Source: Lama glama (taxonomy: Eukaryota). Taken from it: a stretch of DNA of 64,000 bases. Below the pieces are notes generated by a model. That model ran no database searches. It worked only from the letters and a program-made list of their open reading frames with translations, and was not told the DNA's origin. Positions 25,623 through 37,394 of the stretch are shown here, in pieces (within the stretch, counting starts at the first letter, position 1; each line of letters starts with the position of its first letter). The stretch is from NCBI GenBank assembly GCA_028534125.1, contig CM052818.1, forward strand, positions 19,036,001-19,100,000, written 5' to 3'. The position numbers and the translations under genes were made by a program.

Positions 25623-25766
25623 AGTTTATGTGTAATATTTCATTTAATCCTCACCACAGCTCTATGAAGAAGAAAATACTCTTATTGAACCCATTTCATA
25701 AGCCTCTCTGAGGCTTAGAGAGGCTGGGTAAGCTGATGAAGGCCACTTAGCTGGCGGAGTCAGGAA

Positions 25767-26353
25767 TGAAGGGGAGTGAAATATGCCAGCCCCAAATATG
25801 CCACTTTGGCATAAGAATAGTTTTGAGCTGAAGGCAATTACAAAACAGCAGATGCAGGGGGAAAAAAACAGCTATCTGCCGCCCCCCATCTGGCTAAGAG
25901 CAGGACATTAATTTTCATTTGTAAAGGTGTCTCCCTCTCCCACGGCAGGAAGAGGAGGACAACTCTTGGACTCTAGGCTCTTACCAGGACAGACATGGCA
26001 TCAAGAGGAATCTACATTACAAATCTTACTAAAGTAGCCCTTTTCTTCTGTTCATTTTCTCCGATATACTTACCTTCTCACAGTTTGCCACCCTCAAAAG
26101 CCTAAACTCCTTTTCTTTTGTCTTTTCACTTCTCTACAAATGAATTGTTCTTTGCTAAGATGCTATGTTAAGCCCCAAGTTCTAATCACCCCTTTGAGTC
26201 ACTCATTATCGAGTTTCTCCCATGTATATGCACCCTGCATATATTAATAAACTCTATTTTTCTCTTGCTAAATTGTCTTTTTTCAGTTTGATTTCCAGGG
26301 CTCTAGCTACAGAACCTAGGAGGGTAGAGAAAAAGGTTTTTTCCTCCCCGACA
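25767..26353 (+). mobile_element. MER34-like ERV1 solo LTR inserted in a MIR
   Basis: TG...CA termini, near-TSD GGAA/GGAC, signature ATATGCCAGCCCCAAATATGCCACTTTGGCATAAG, AATAAA near 26246. Confidence 0.82.
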
Positions 26354-26447
26354 GGACTTAACCCAGATCTGTCAACTGCAAGGCTGGACTTCTACTGCCT
26401 CATGAAAGATGCTCAATCAATGGACAATAAATGGCTGAACGGCTCTG

Positions 26448-26792
26448 GATTAGTACACTCGGGCTGCCATAACAAAACACCATAGACTGGGTGGCTTAAA
26501 CAAGAGAAATTGATTTTCTCACAGTTGTGGAGGCTGGGAAGTCTGAGATCAAGGTGCTGCCGATTCAGATCCCAGTAAGAACGCTCTTCCTGGCTTGCAT
26601 TTGGAGGCCTTCTTGCTGGGTCCTCACATGGTGGAGAGAGAGAGCCTTGATGCCTCTTCCTCTTCTTATAAGGATACAAGCCCAGTTGGTATACATGGAA
26701 AGTTTCCTTGTAAAGGCTCTCATCCTAGTACAATTACATTGTGGGGTAAGGAAGGCTTCAACATATGAATTTGGGGGAGGACACAATTCAGA
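26448..26792 (-). mobile_element. MLT1-like MaLR LTR
   Basis: GGGCTGCCATAACAAAACACCATAGACTGGGTGGCTTAAACAA...CAACATATGAATTTGGGGGAGGACACAATTCAG. Confidence 0.85.
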
Positions 26793-26793
26793 G

Positions 26794-27100
26794 CAGTCAT
26801 CCCTCAGTATCCATGGGGGTTTCATTCCAGGACCCCCTCTGAAACCATAATCCCTAATGCTCAAGTCTCATATAAAATGGCATATTACTTGCATATAACT
26901 GACACACATCCTTCCATATACTTTAAATTATTCCTGATTACTTATAATACTTAATACAATGTAAATATTATATAAATAGTTGCCATTGTGCAGCAAATTC
27001 AAGTTTTGCTTTTTGGAACTTTTTGGAATTTTTTTTCTTGAATATTTTTGATCCACGCTTGGTTGAATCCACAGATTTGGAACCTGTGATACAGAGGGCC
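26794..27100. mobile_element. MER2-like Tigger DNA transposon
   Basis: CAGTCATCCCTCAGTATCCATGGGG ... GGTTGAATCCACAGAT..GAACCTGTGATACAGAGGGCC inverted termini. Confidence 0.85.
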
Positions 27101-28900
27101 TACCATGCACAGTAGGCCCTTTCCTTTCTCCTGAGCAAAGGAAATAATAATGACAATATAAGAAGAAAACTGAAGGTCAATCTATAGGTATTGAGAATGG
27201 CTCTGGTGTCCTCTCCTTTGCTGTCATGGGAAACTACCAAAGGAGGGTGGGAAACCATCAGCCTGTTTCTGTGAATATTGATGATTTTGTGGTTTCTGGA
27301 CATACTGAGGCCTTGGCAGTGGCCACAACAGTGTGTCAGGTAAGAGGAAACAGAAGGGAGGCAGATTGGTACAGAAAATGGAACGATTATGGACTGATCA
27401 TGTCTGAATGGTTATGCTAGTCACACCCCATCTGTCTCACACTTTGAACATCAGCAGATATGTCCACAGCTCTACTTTTCCAAGCAGTGGAACATATCTC
27501 AGGCCTGAAAAGGTCCCCTTCCAGAATCCTATGAGGATCCTGCCTAAACCCAGCTGGAATCCAGAGCCTTTGCTCTCTGCACCCAGGCAAGGTGTGCTGC
27601 AGGGAGGCTGAGATTCTCTGGTAGGTGTATTGCTAAAACTAGGCTTATGGTTATGGAATCATAATTTCCTTTCTATTTTTATCTAAAATTGCACATAGGT
27701 CCTACTGGGGGAGAAAACCGGCTACAAAAGGCAGTCAAAACCACAATAAACAATCTTCTAAAGGCACATGCATTTTTAAAAGGTAATTCCTGCAGAACTA
27801 CTAATTATTTGGAACATTTCACTGCAGAACAGCTGGGGTTTGCTGGAATAACTTACGAGTCCAGAGGAAGCAACAAATGGAGCCACCAGAACAGAATGAA
27901 TGCTCCCTGCTCCAAATCTCAGAGCAGGGGACAGTTCCTACCTACTCAGAACTGATTTTCTAGCTCACCATGGAAGCTTCCAGCATTCAAGAACCTACAG
28001 GTCAATCACCGGTGATGGTATAAGGGGGTGGGGATGGGATTCAGTGAGAGGAAGGAAGCTGGAGTCCAAAAAGAGGAATTAGCACGTTTACTAAACCAGG
28101 AAAACGGAGGGGAGGAAACCAGGAAAATGAACCAGGAATGAGACTTAGATGCCCAAAGAATCCTTAGTGCTGCCCTGGGGTAGAGCCTCCCTCCACCTCT
28201 CCAGCTTCCTCTTCCACTACTGAATTTTAAGCTCCAACCACTAAATGATTTGTAATGCCATCCCACACCAAGCTGTGCCTTGCTTCTGTGTGTTTGCTCA
28301 AGCTGTTCCCACCACTTGGAATGCCCTCCCTCTCCCACATCTCTTCAGCTGCCTGACTCCCACCTACCCACCTACCCACCTACCCACCTACCCCATAAGA
28401 CACAGCACCAGTGGTCCTTCCTCCAGGAAACCTTTCCATCCCCCAGGTCACTCACTAAATTGTCCACCTTGGATTATACTTGTCTGTGGATGGATGGGTC
28501 ATGTCTCAAGGATGGATGAGTGTTCAAGCAGACCAGAGTGTCCTCATCTTTGTATTCCAGTGCCTGGCACATATTAGACACTCAATATAGTTGGCTGAAT
28601 TAGTGTTGACAGAGAGAGAAGGAATGATGGTGGCAGGAACTACTTTTTTTGGACAAAATACAGCAAAATTAGAAGTCATATTTCTGGAACGTGGTAAGAG
28701 GGTCAGGCCTGGTGTATCTGCTGGGGTTGCTCTTCTAAACAAAGTCTACGAAGTTATCAAATAATAACAATATAATAAAAACCTGTTTCTCTTCCTATAT
28801 CCTCAAATAGAGCTGGAAGAGACTTCTGCGTTGATCTTACTTAGGCTGTGTCATTCAGGGAGATTAAGGGATTTGCCCTGGTCCCACAGGAAGACAGTGA

Positions 28901-29474
28901 TGTCAGGGAGGAAATATTCTTTTTAATCTATCCATCTTAGGTTTATTGGCTGTGGCTTTGAAAATTAGACCGACAAAAGACAGATTCGCAAGAGGAAATG
29001 AGCAACTTATTAACACATGCAGCGCACATCACTTGAGAGAAAACTCAGTGATGAGTAACTCAACGAGGTGGTTAGAACTGGGCTTAGGTTGCATCTTAAC
29101 AAAAGAACATACATTTATAGAGAAGTGACAAGACAACGGAAAAAGACTGAGTTTCTAGGCATGGCAAATTTGGGGAAAGCAAATACGTGGGGAAACTGAC
29201 AGAAGATAAGGGCTAGTTAGTAAAGTTTATTATGTTGGTTCTTCTGGTGCCATATCCAGGATGATAAAGGTCCAAAGTCATCCTCTGTGATTAACTTCTG
29301 TTCTTCCTAGTAGGGAGCAGAAGGGGACACCTCTACAAATTAATGTTCTGCTTTTAGGCAAATAGTGGGAGTGCAGATTTTTTTCTTGTATCTGCTTTTT
29401 CTCAGTTGCCTTGACCTCAATAATCTCTATGCCAAAATAGCATATGTCGGGGGGGCATACTCTGCTACCCATCA
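28901..29474 (-). mobile_element. MER34-like ERV1 solo LTR
   Basis: TG...CA termini and CTCAATAATCTCTATGCCAAAATAGCATATGTCGGGGGGGCATACTCTG (reverse complement of the family 5' end). Confidence 0.78.
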
Positions 29475-29737
29475 TTGGCAACACTAGGACTAAATCACAA
29501 ATCTGTGGCCTTGCATCATTGATTTCAGGGAGCATGAACAGAGTAACTGCTACCTGGGGATGAGAGGCATCAACCCATGAATGAGCACCAGGAGAAGGGA
29601 GCTGCAATTCAAAAGCAAACTCCTGTCAAGAGAAGTGGGAAGGATGACAGCCTGGGGAGTTGCCGCCACCATGTGTCCAGGAGAAATGTGATACAAGCCA
29701 CAGGTATAAGTTAAAATTTTCTGGCAGACCCTTAATC

Positions 29738-29873
29738 TTTTTTTGCTTTTTTGGGGGTGGGTGGTAATTAGGTTCATCTCTTCATTTATTATTTTTGGTG
29801 GAGGTACCGGGGATTGAACCTAGGACCTCGTGCATGCTAGGAATGCACTCTACCACTGAGCTATATCCTCCCC
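29738..29873 (-). mobile_element. tRNA-derived SINE (camelid Vic-1-like), inside a MER33-like DNA transposon fragment
   Basis: Reverse complement reads GGGGAGGATATAGCTCAGTGGTAGAGTGCATTCCTAGCATGCACGAGGTCCTAGGTTCAATCCCCGGTACCTCCA (Pol III A and B boxes) with an A-rich tail. Confidence 0.8.
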
Positions 29874-30349
29874 ACTTTGGCAAACATTTTTTAAAAAGTG
29901 AAAAGAAACAAGGGAATTTATGTTTAATAACATTTTTAACTCAGTATATCTAAAATATCATTTCAACATTGATCAACATAAAAAATTATATATATAAGAC
30001 TTCACTTTCTTCAGTTCTCTTAGAACTAGTTTACTATCTTGCTGGTTGCCTTATAATGAGTTAAATAAGTATTTGGCATGTGCTTATTTTTTTAGTTTGC
30101 ATAAATTTCATGTTTTTAACTTTTTGAAAATTATACTTTTCCAGTAAGTTTGGCAACTTTATGTCAAATAAAAACATAGAAAATGTATACCATCTACTAT
30201 GTTCATAAAAGTAAAAATATTTAATACTAAAAGGTAGAAAAGGTATAATAGGGGTGGAGGGACAATATTTAAATGGGTATAATCAAGGTTGTTGGCTCCT
30301 TTGAGGATGGCTAATGAATGCAAAAAAAAACCTTCTTTAAAAAAAACTT

Positions 30350-30458
30350 GTTTTTTTTATAAACAGTTTTGTTCAGGTAAAATTGAAATACTATAATCTG
30401 CATATATTTAAAGTGTTCAAATTGATAAGTTTCATATGAATCCCTCTCTGAAGCTATC
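30350..30458 (-). mobile_element. L1 3'-end fragment (host of the EEF1A1 retrocopy; appears to resume near 31277)
   Basis: T-tract followed by CTGCATATATTTAAAGTGTTCAAATTGATAAGTTT, the reverse complement of an L1 terminus. Confidence 0.6.
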
Positions 30459-30790
30459 ACCAAGTCTGCCCAGAAAGCTCAGAAGACTAAATGAGTATTA
30501 TTCCCCAAACCTGCCACTCTAGTCTTCATCAACAGCAGAAGAAAGGTCTCAAAGGTATTTGTCTCAATTGGCCATTAAAGTTTAATAGTAGGGGACTGGT
30601 TAATGATAATGATGCTTTGTAAAACCTTCAGGAGGAGAATGTTTTGTGGACCATTTTGAGTGTGTGTGTGTGTGGCAATTTTATTAGTTTTAATATCAGT
30701 ACTTCTTAATGGAAATAACTTGACCAAAAATGTGTCACAGAATTTTGAGACTCACTAAAACAAAGTTTAATGAGAAAACAAAACTAAAAC
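30457..30790 (+). pseudogene. EEF1A1: 5'-truncated processed pseudogene fragment of EEF1A1 (last codons plus whole 3' UTR)
   Basis: ACC AAG TCT GCC CAG AAA GCT CAG AAG ACT AAA TGA (TKSAQKAQKTK*, stop 30492-30494). Then recognisable EEF1A1 3' UTR (CAATTGGCCATT, GGAGAATGTTTTGTGGACCA, ACTTGACCAAAAAT.TGTCACAGAATTTTGAGAC) and a degenerate A tail. Confidence 0.92.
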
Positions 30791-31275
30791 CAGAACAGGA
30801 CATATGATCCTAAAATAGGGCACCTTGGCATATTGGGTATTTTAAGCTGAAGGATTTGGAGGAAAACAGCTTAAGCACACTTCTGCCCTGAAATAGGTCA
30901 GAAACCCTCAGGTGAGGGTTTATACACTCCCCACACTGCAGGAAAAGAGCATCCTTATCTCCGAAGACAAAGGGACGCCAAGAAGAAACCTAACATTCAG
31001 GCCCTGCTGGTTCCCCCAGAGGCTACACTTTGTCCATACTCTGTGAGTTATCATATTCCTCCACAACTGACCACTCTTCACCAGACCAGCATAAAGTCAC
31101 TCACATCTAACTATTTCTTCAGGTCTTCATTTCCTTAGGAAGGCTCCCATGTCACATAAAACTTACATGAAATAAATTTGTATGCTTTTCTCCTGTTACT
31201 CTGTCTTTGTCAGATAAATTTTCAGACCCAGCCAGGAACCCTAAGAGGGGTGAAGAAAACTTTGTCCTCTCCTAT
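30791..31275 (+). mobile_element. MER34-like ERV1 solo LTR (5' end eroded)
   Basis: GCACCTTGGCATATTGGGTATTTTAAGCTGAAGGATTTGG. Clear similarity to 4774-5223 and 41976-42970. Confidence 0.78.
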
Positions 31276-32461
31276 GCCACCCTCATAACCAAGATAATGA
31301 GCATAAATTTCCTTGTACCAGCAATAGAACCTCCACGAGAGGGTGGTCATCTCATTTGAGGGGAACCACACAGAAGGTAGATGCTGAGCGACCCGAGTGA
31401 GGAAGAAAATCTAAAAATGGATTGGGCACAAGTTTGTTAGATAAAGGGAAATATTCATTCTTTAATGAGTGCCTACTGTTCACCAGGCTCTGAGCAAACT
31501 CTCGGGAGGATGCTGTGCCCCTGAGTGTGCAGAACCGAGGCTCGGGGCTCAGGACCCAGCAGCAGGGGCCGGCCCTGGAGCCTCCCATCCACACTCCCTT
31601 TTCCTTCTGAAGTCTGAAGGTTCAGATGTGGGGTAACTGGGCCTTCTGGATACCAGCAGTGCTGAAGGAAGATCTCTTTTGGAATCACTTTTTTTTTTCC
31701 AAAAAAAGAGGCCACTATCTTCTCAGAAAGAAGACAGAGACGGTATGCTTGTCCAGAAAAGCTGTCCATAGGGACAGCTTCCTCACCCCTGAGCAAGTTT
31801 GTTCTAATGAAAATAGAGGCAGTGGTTATTGCACACATTAATATCCCAAACAGATTCCCTTCGAGAATGGGCTTTTGCTGCTTTGCCCCAGAGGCCAAGG
31901 TGCCAGCACTGATGTGGGTGTTTGGTGGAGCCATCTGTGCCTGGGCAAGTCTGAGAAACAGTGAGGAAGGTGCCAGGGTCTTGTGGGGCAGGTCAGAGAG
32001 CTCATTGGGCTATCCTGAAAAGGACAGGAAGGGAGCGTGGGAGGGCAGGGGTAGAATGAGGGGATGATTTTTGTGTAGATAATCTTCCCCATGGAAGCTG
32101 AGCAAGGCATGCTAGTATCTTGCTACCTTGGTGTTACCTGCCTTTAGAGAGACGAAGTGAAGAGGAAAATATTTCAGTTCCTCATTCCTGAGCATGCAAG
32201 GTGTTTGGACTATTGGTACCCAGTCCCCTCTCCTTCCCCTGCCCCCAAAAAGACCCTCATATCAGGAACATTGCCTGTGAGTGAAGATATTAGGGTGAGA
32301 ACCTAGGGATTGGGGAGAATGGAGGTGGGAGGACATCTTGGGGGCCAAAGCTAGCCCTGTAATAACTGGGCAGTGTGAGAGGAGGTGGGCAGTCCTGGAG
32401 GCTGGAATTACAGGGAATCCAAGTACATTTGGGGTGTGTGAGTGTGTGTGTGTGTGTGTAT

Positions 32462-32746
32462 GCAGCCATCCCCCTCCATTGGTCGGGACCCCCAAGGATA
32501 ATAAAATCCTTGCTCAAGTTCCAAATGGTGTAGTATTTGCATATAACCTATGCACATCCTCCCTTTAAATCACCTCTAGATTATTTATAACACATAGTAC
32601 AATGTAAATGCTATGTAAATAGCTGCCAGTGAATGACAAATTCAACTTTCGCTTTTTGGAACTTTCTGAAATTTTTTCCCGAATATTTTGATCTGTGGTT
32701 GGTTGAATCCATGAATGTGGAATCCTCAGATACAGAGGGCTGACTG
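32462..32746. mobile_element. MER2-like Tigger DNA transposon
   Basis: Homologous to 26794-27100 (TTGCATATAACCTATGCACATCCTCC, GGTTGAATCC, GATACAGAGGGCTGACTG). Confidence 0.82.
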
Positions 32747-32782
32747 AATATTTAACTGTAAATAGGGCCGAGAGGATGACTG

Positions 32783-33445
32783 TGAAGGGACCCAGAATAT
32801 ATCAGTGTGAAGAGTTTTTTTTTTTCTGAACTCCCCTTATCTGCTTAAAAGCAGAGCCTCCCAAAATAATTTATTTGTCATAAATCCCCTCCTCTGGCAG
32901 TTCTGCCACCAGGGAAGACTGATTCTTATCACCAGATATCACCAGGATAAGAAGTCACCTAAACAGATACTGTCACATAACTATCATGTCTCCCATCTAT
33001 TTTCTTGAGGGCCCACTTATCTTTCCTTCTTTCTTTCTTTCTCTTTTAACTGAAGTATAGTCAGTTTACAATGTTGTGTCAATTTCTGGTGTACAGCACA
33101 ATAGTTCAGTCATAAGTATACATACATATATTCATTTTCATATTCTTTTTCATTATAGGTTACTACAAGGTATAGAATATAGTTCCCTGTGCTCTAGTTC
33201 CACTTATATTTCTTAAAAGTCATTTATTTTCCCATCAGTGACTTTTCTCCCCATCTTCTTGCCTATTAAGATGATCTATAAGCCCCAAACTTAACTGCCT
33301 CTTTGAGTCATATTTTTCTGTGAACTCCCACATACATACATGAATGAAAATACCTTTTTTCTTCCTAATCTGTCAGTTGTTGGTTCAATTCACAGGCCCC
33401 CAAAGACTGAACTTAAGAGGGTAGAGGAAAAATGTTCCCTGTTCT
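32783..33445 (+). mobile_element. MER34-like LTR containing a short minus-strand L1 3' fragment (~33030-33197)
   Basis: TGAAGGGACCCAGAATAT start and GAACTTAAGAGGGTAGAGGAAAA near the end. The L1 piece is flanked by a degenerate CCACTTAT.TTTC.T duplication. Confidence 0.68.
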
Positions 33446-33542
33446 TCTTGCAAAACTATAGTACCCTGTCACAATCAGGATCCTGCTGCTGACATAGTCA
33501 AGATGCAGAACAATTCCATCACCATGAGAATCCCTCATCTTG

Positions 33543-34178
33543 TACATGCACCCCAATATTCACAGCAGCACTAGTTACAATAGCCAAGACATGGAAGCAA
33601 CTTAAATGCCGATCAACAGATGACTGGATAAAGATGATGTGATGTGATGTGATGTGATGTGATGTGATGTGATGTGATGTGATGTGATGTGTGTGTGTGT
33701 GTGTGAAATACTACTCAGCCGTAAAAAAGAATGAAATAATACCATTTGCAGCGACAAGGATGGACCTAGAGATTATCATACTAAATGAAGACACTCAGAC
33801 ACAAAAAGACAAATATCATATGATATCACTTATATGTGAAATCTAAAAAAAATGACAAAAATGAACTTACTTATAAAACAGAAACAGACTCACAGACAGA
33901 AAACAAACTTATGGTTATCAGAAAGGGAAGAGTTGGGGAGGGATAAATTAGAAGTTTGGGATTAGCAGATGCAAACTACTATATACAAAACAGATAAACA
34001 ACAAGGTCCTAGTGTATAGCGCAGGGAACTATATTCAATAGCTTGTGATAACCTATAATGAAAAAGAATATATATATACACATATATAACTGAATCACTC
34101 TGCTGTACACCAGAAACTAACACAACATTGTAAGTCAACTATACTTCAATACAAAAGAGATGATTTAGATACAGAAAA
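33543..34178 (+). mobile_element. 5'-truncated LINE-1 3' end
   Basis: TSD AGAATCC(C/T)TCATCTTG at 33527-33542 and 34179-34194. Homologous to 3080-3650. Confidence 0.88.
33636..33705. repeat. compound microsatellite (GATGT)n(GT)n
   Basis: Directly visible tandem pentamer then dimer. Confidence 0.95.
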
Positions 34179-35158
34179 AGAATCCTTCATCTTGCCCTTT
34201 TACACCTATTTCCCTCCACTCTCTACAACATCCACCCTGACTGCTAGAATGTTCTTTTGATCAGCCTTAGCATTTTCCGTCGCTGTCATTAAAAAGTTGA
34301 ATAAAATCTTTAGTACATTCTCATTTTATATTTGAATGAATCTTGTTTTCAATTCTTTAAATCTTGTTTTGAGAATTGTTTTGACACGGGGAAGCCTCGA
34401 GGTTCTGAAGCTGATGTTAAACACCGTGGGGTTCATTTCCCCTCTTCAATGCCTCCCTTTCTCCCTAAGCATATTTGAGCCTGCCCCGTCATTGACCTGC
34501 AAGCACTAGTTGACTTCTTCTAGGAACTCAACTTATCTGACGGCCTCAGCCCAGAGGTCACAGCACTTAGACTCCAGTTCAGATGGTGCTCAGCACAACC
34601 TGGATTTCAACTCACCTCCCTACAACAAACACACTTACAGAGTAAGACCCTCTTCCGTGACTTATCACAAACTGCCTTTTATTGCTGTTTTTTAGGGGCT
34701 AGTTTCCTAAGGGCTGGGCCCAAGTCCTATCCATCTCTGCTCCTCCCCAGAACCAAGGACTTGCCTGGAAAGGGCTTAACACAAAAGAAGCTCTGATAGT
34801 CATATTTCTGGAGGAGGGAGGTGGAAAAATTGTGTGTAAATTTCCCAGTGCCCTCAAAATACACATAGGCAACGGCCAGGCTGGAGCTGGAACAGGACCT
34901 GTCCCTGATCCAGATTACCTGCCCTAGAGAGAGAATCTGCCTGTGGATAAAGGGCTCCCCACTATAGAAGGAAGGTTTCAAGGTGATCACCCAGCACATG
35001 CTTCCTCCTTGGAGTTGCTCCATGGTTAAGTCAAAGTTACATACAATGTGAGGTCACTGAGGAGCAGAGAGACTATCGGGGAGTAGAGAGCAGGAGGATG
35101 GAGCAGGCTCTTCAAGACCATGTGGCTACCTGGGAGGCAGCAGGGAAAGCTTTGGTTC

Positions 35159-36176
35159 TGTTGAGGCCACCTCAAAATATGTCTCAATGGCATACTGATT
35201 ATTTTGAATTAAAGTTGCTTCAAAAACAACCAATGCAAGAAGGACACTAACCCTTCTCTCCATCTCCCTCAAAATAGGATATGAATCTCTCATATTAAAG
35301 GTACCTGGAGGTAGAAGGATACCCTTATGACCAGAGAGAGAGAATTTGGGGCCAAGATGTCCATGTGTGGCTGTTAGCATAACTAACACCTTCTTGGACC
35401 CCATCCAGTTCCTCCTGTCCTTCCACTGACCCAACCCAGGACCGCACCATGCAGTAAATCACTTCTCTGTCATCAAGGACTTTGTAGCTAATAGATATTG
35501 GTTAACAATCATTAGGACCAGGTGGCCTCTACGCTCTGTTAGCCCCCAAACAATGATGGAGATCTTTGTTGATGTATTCCCGGCACCCACGAGACTAGTT
35601 ACCCATTCATAAATCTTGACTTAGGAATGCATGTCCTGTTTCCAAGCACCTACCGCCATACCCTAGGTTAACCGTAAAATTGTCCCAATGTCTCCTTGGC
35701 GGTGCAGAGTGCAGCTGCAAATGCCTCTGTATCCCCATCGGCCTGACCCCACCCTGTGAGTAAGCTACCGGATAATAAATGGATCCATTGACTGTATGGA
35801 GCTGCCTGCCTCACTTTTCAGTCTCAATTTGGCGGGTGCTTTTTGTTCTCTCTGGCTTCCAACAACCTGGATAAACAAACCTACTTCTTTAATTGACTAC
35901 CCCAAGCCCAAACTCTGCTTAGACTGCTCACTAATTAAGCACCAAAACCTAAATTTCTTTGTCCTGTCAATTGCTCACAAATTTATTGTTTGTCTAAAAA
36001 GTATAAAAGCTGTCTTTTTTGGCCACTTCTCAGGTCCTACTTCCCTGAGAACTCCGTGCACATGAATTAAAATTTGTTCCCTTTTTTCCTGTTAATCTGT
36101 CTTGTGTCAATTTTATTATTAGTCCAGTCACAAGAGCTCAAGAGGGGCAGAGAGGGAAATTTCTCCCTCTCTGACA
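35159..36176 (+). mobile_element. MER34-like LTR with a different LTR nested at ~35364-35866
   Basis: Both ends match the reverse complement of 6933-7476. The central ~500 bp is unrelated, has its own AATAAA (~35774) and ends ..TTCCAACA. Confidence 0.72.
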
Positions 36177-37394
36177 GCTCCTAACGTCCCTGTTTCAGGC
36201 CCCATGAGGATTTCCTAGTCCCAGGATGTCTGTGGGACTGATAGCTCTCTCCTCACAGGGAACCACCATGTGCTTATCATTCAAAGTAGGTTTCTGTCTC
36301 CTAAAGACCAGACATGCCTAATACGCCTTGCTCATCTAGCACATAGCTATCTGGTGTCTATGAGAGCTTCCATAACTGTTCCGAACTCACAGCCCTAAGG
36401 TAACTGGAACATTTGGGGTGGCCGGTATGGCAGGTTCTGGTTCAGAATGACCGTTCCATGCCTTTTTGCAAACTTGTCTATTCCTGAACAGACCCCACCC
36501 GGAATTCTGTACAAGAGGAAGGGAGAGAATAATGGACAGAAGCAACACCCTGAAGAAGGTTGGGGAGGGGAAAGAGAGGCTTCTGTTTTGAGATTATTTA
36601 AAATTAATTGCAGTTTTCGAGAGATGCTCAACTCAGGGCTGCGGGAATGGAGACTATCCCTCACAGGTCCAATTTCAGTTTCTTCTGAAACCAATATGAT
36701 CTATTCTACAAGTGTGAGGAACAAATACAATTATATCTCTTTGATTATTCAAATTAGTCTTCCCAGCTCTCACTTGCCTCTATTAAAGTTCATTATCTTC
36801 CTCTAGAGGTTCCTCTGTCTCAAATGATTACAAATGCTATTTGGTGTTGCTGTTAAAGGCAGGCCCCCCCAAATCAACAGAGAACAGAGCTTGTCCACTG
36901 CAGCAGGTCCACTTCTCTACTGGCCTCTGCAGTGCCCCACACCTGGCCACCCAGGTCAGGCTCTCTCCATTGCAGAATCTCTGCAAAGAACCTTTTCATG
37001 GTCCCCAAAGTGCATCATGGCAGTGGTGTGGCAGGGTCTGGAGGGCCCCCCAGCCTTAGTCCCTGTGGGTCCTTGGAGCTTGTGTCCTTTGCTATCTGCA
37101 GACCTTGGTCTGGCAGCTACATCAGACAGTAGGAGTTAAGTTACTACTACCTTCCCTTCTAGAATGCTCTGGAGCACCTTATGCAAATTATCTCATCTGC
37201 ATATAAAAGTTGAGAAGAGCCTATCAAGAGTGTGGGGGAGCACCTAGAAGTCTCACATTTACATAACAAAGGGAGTCAATGAAGCAATTTCATGTACAGT
37301 TCCAAGGTGGCTTTGATGACACTACACAGAGCAGAGGTTGCAATTTTTAAAAATAATTTTTAAAAGATAATTCTTTGTAAAAGTCTTAAAACCT

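Noticed and set aside
29800..29873. Possible tRNA gene
   Set aside because: A and B boxes are present, but an A-rich tail and a second related copy at 48848 indicate a SINE
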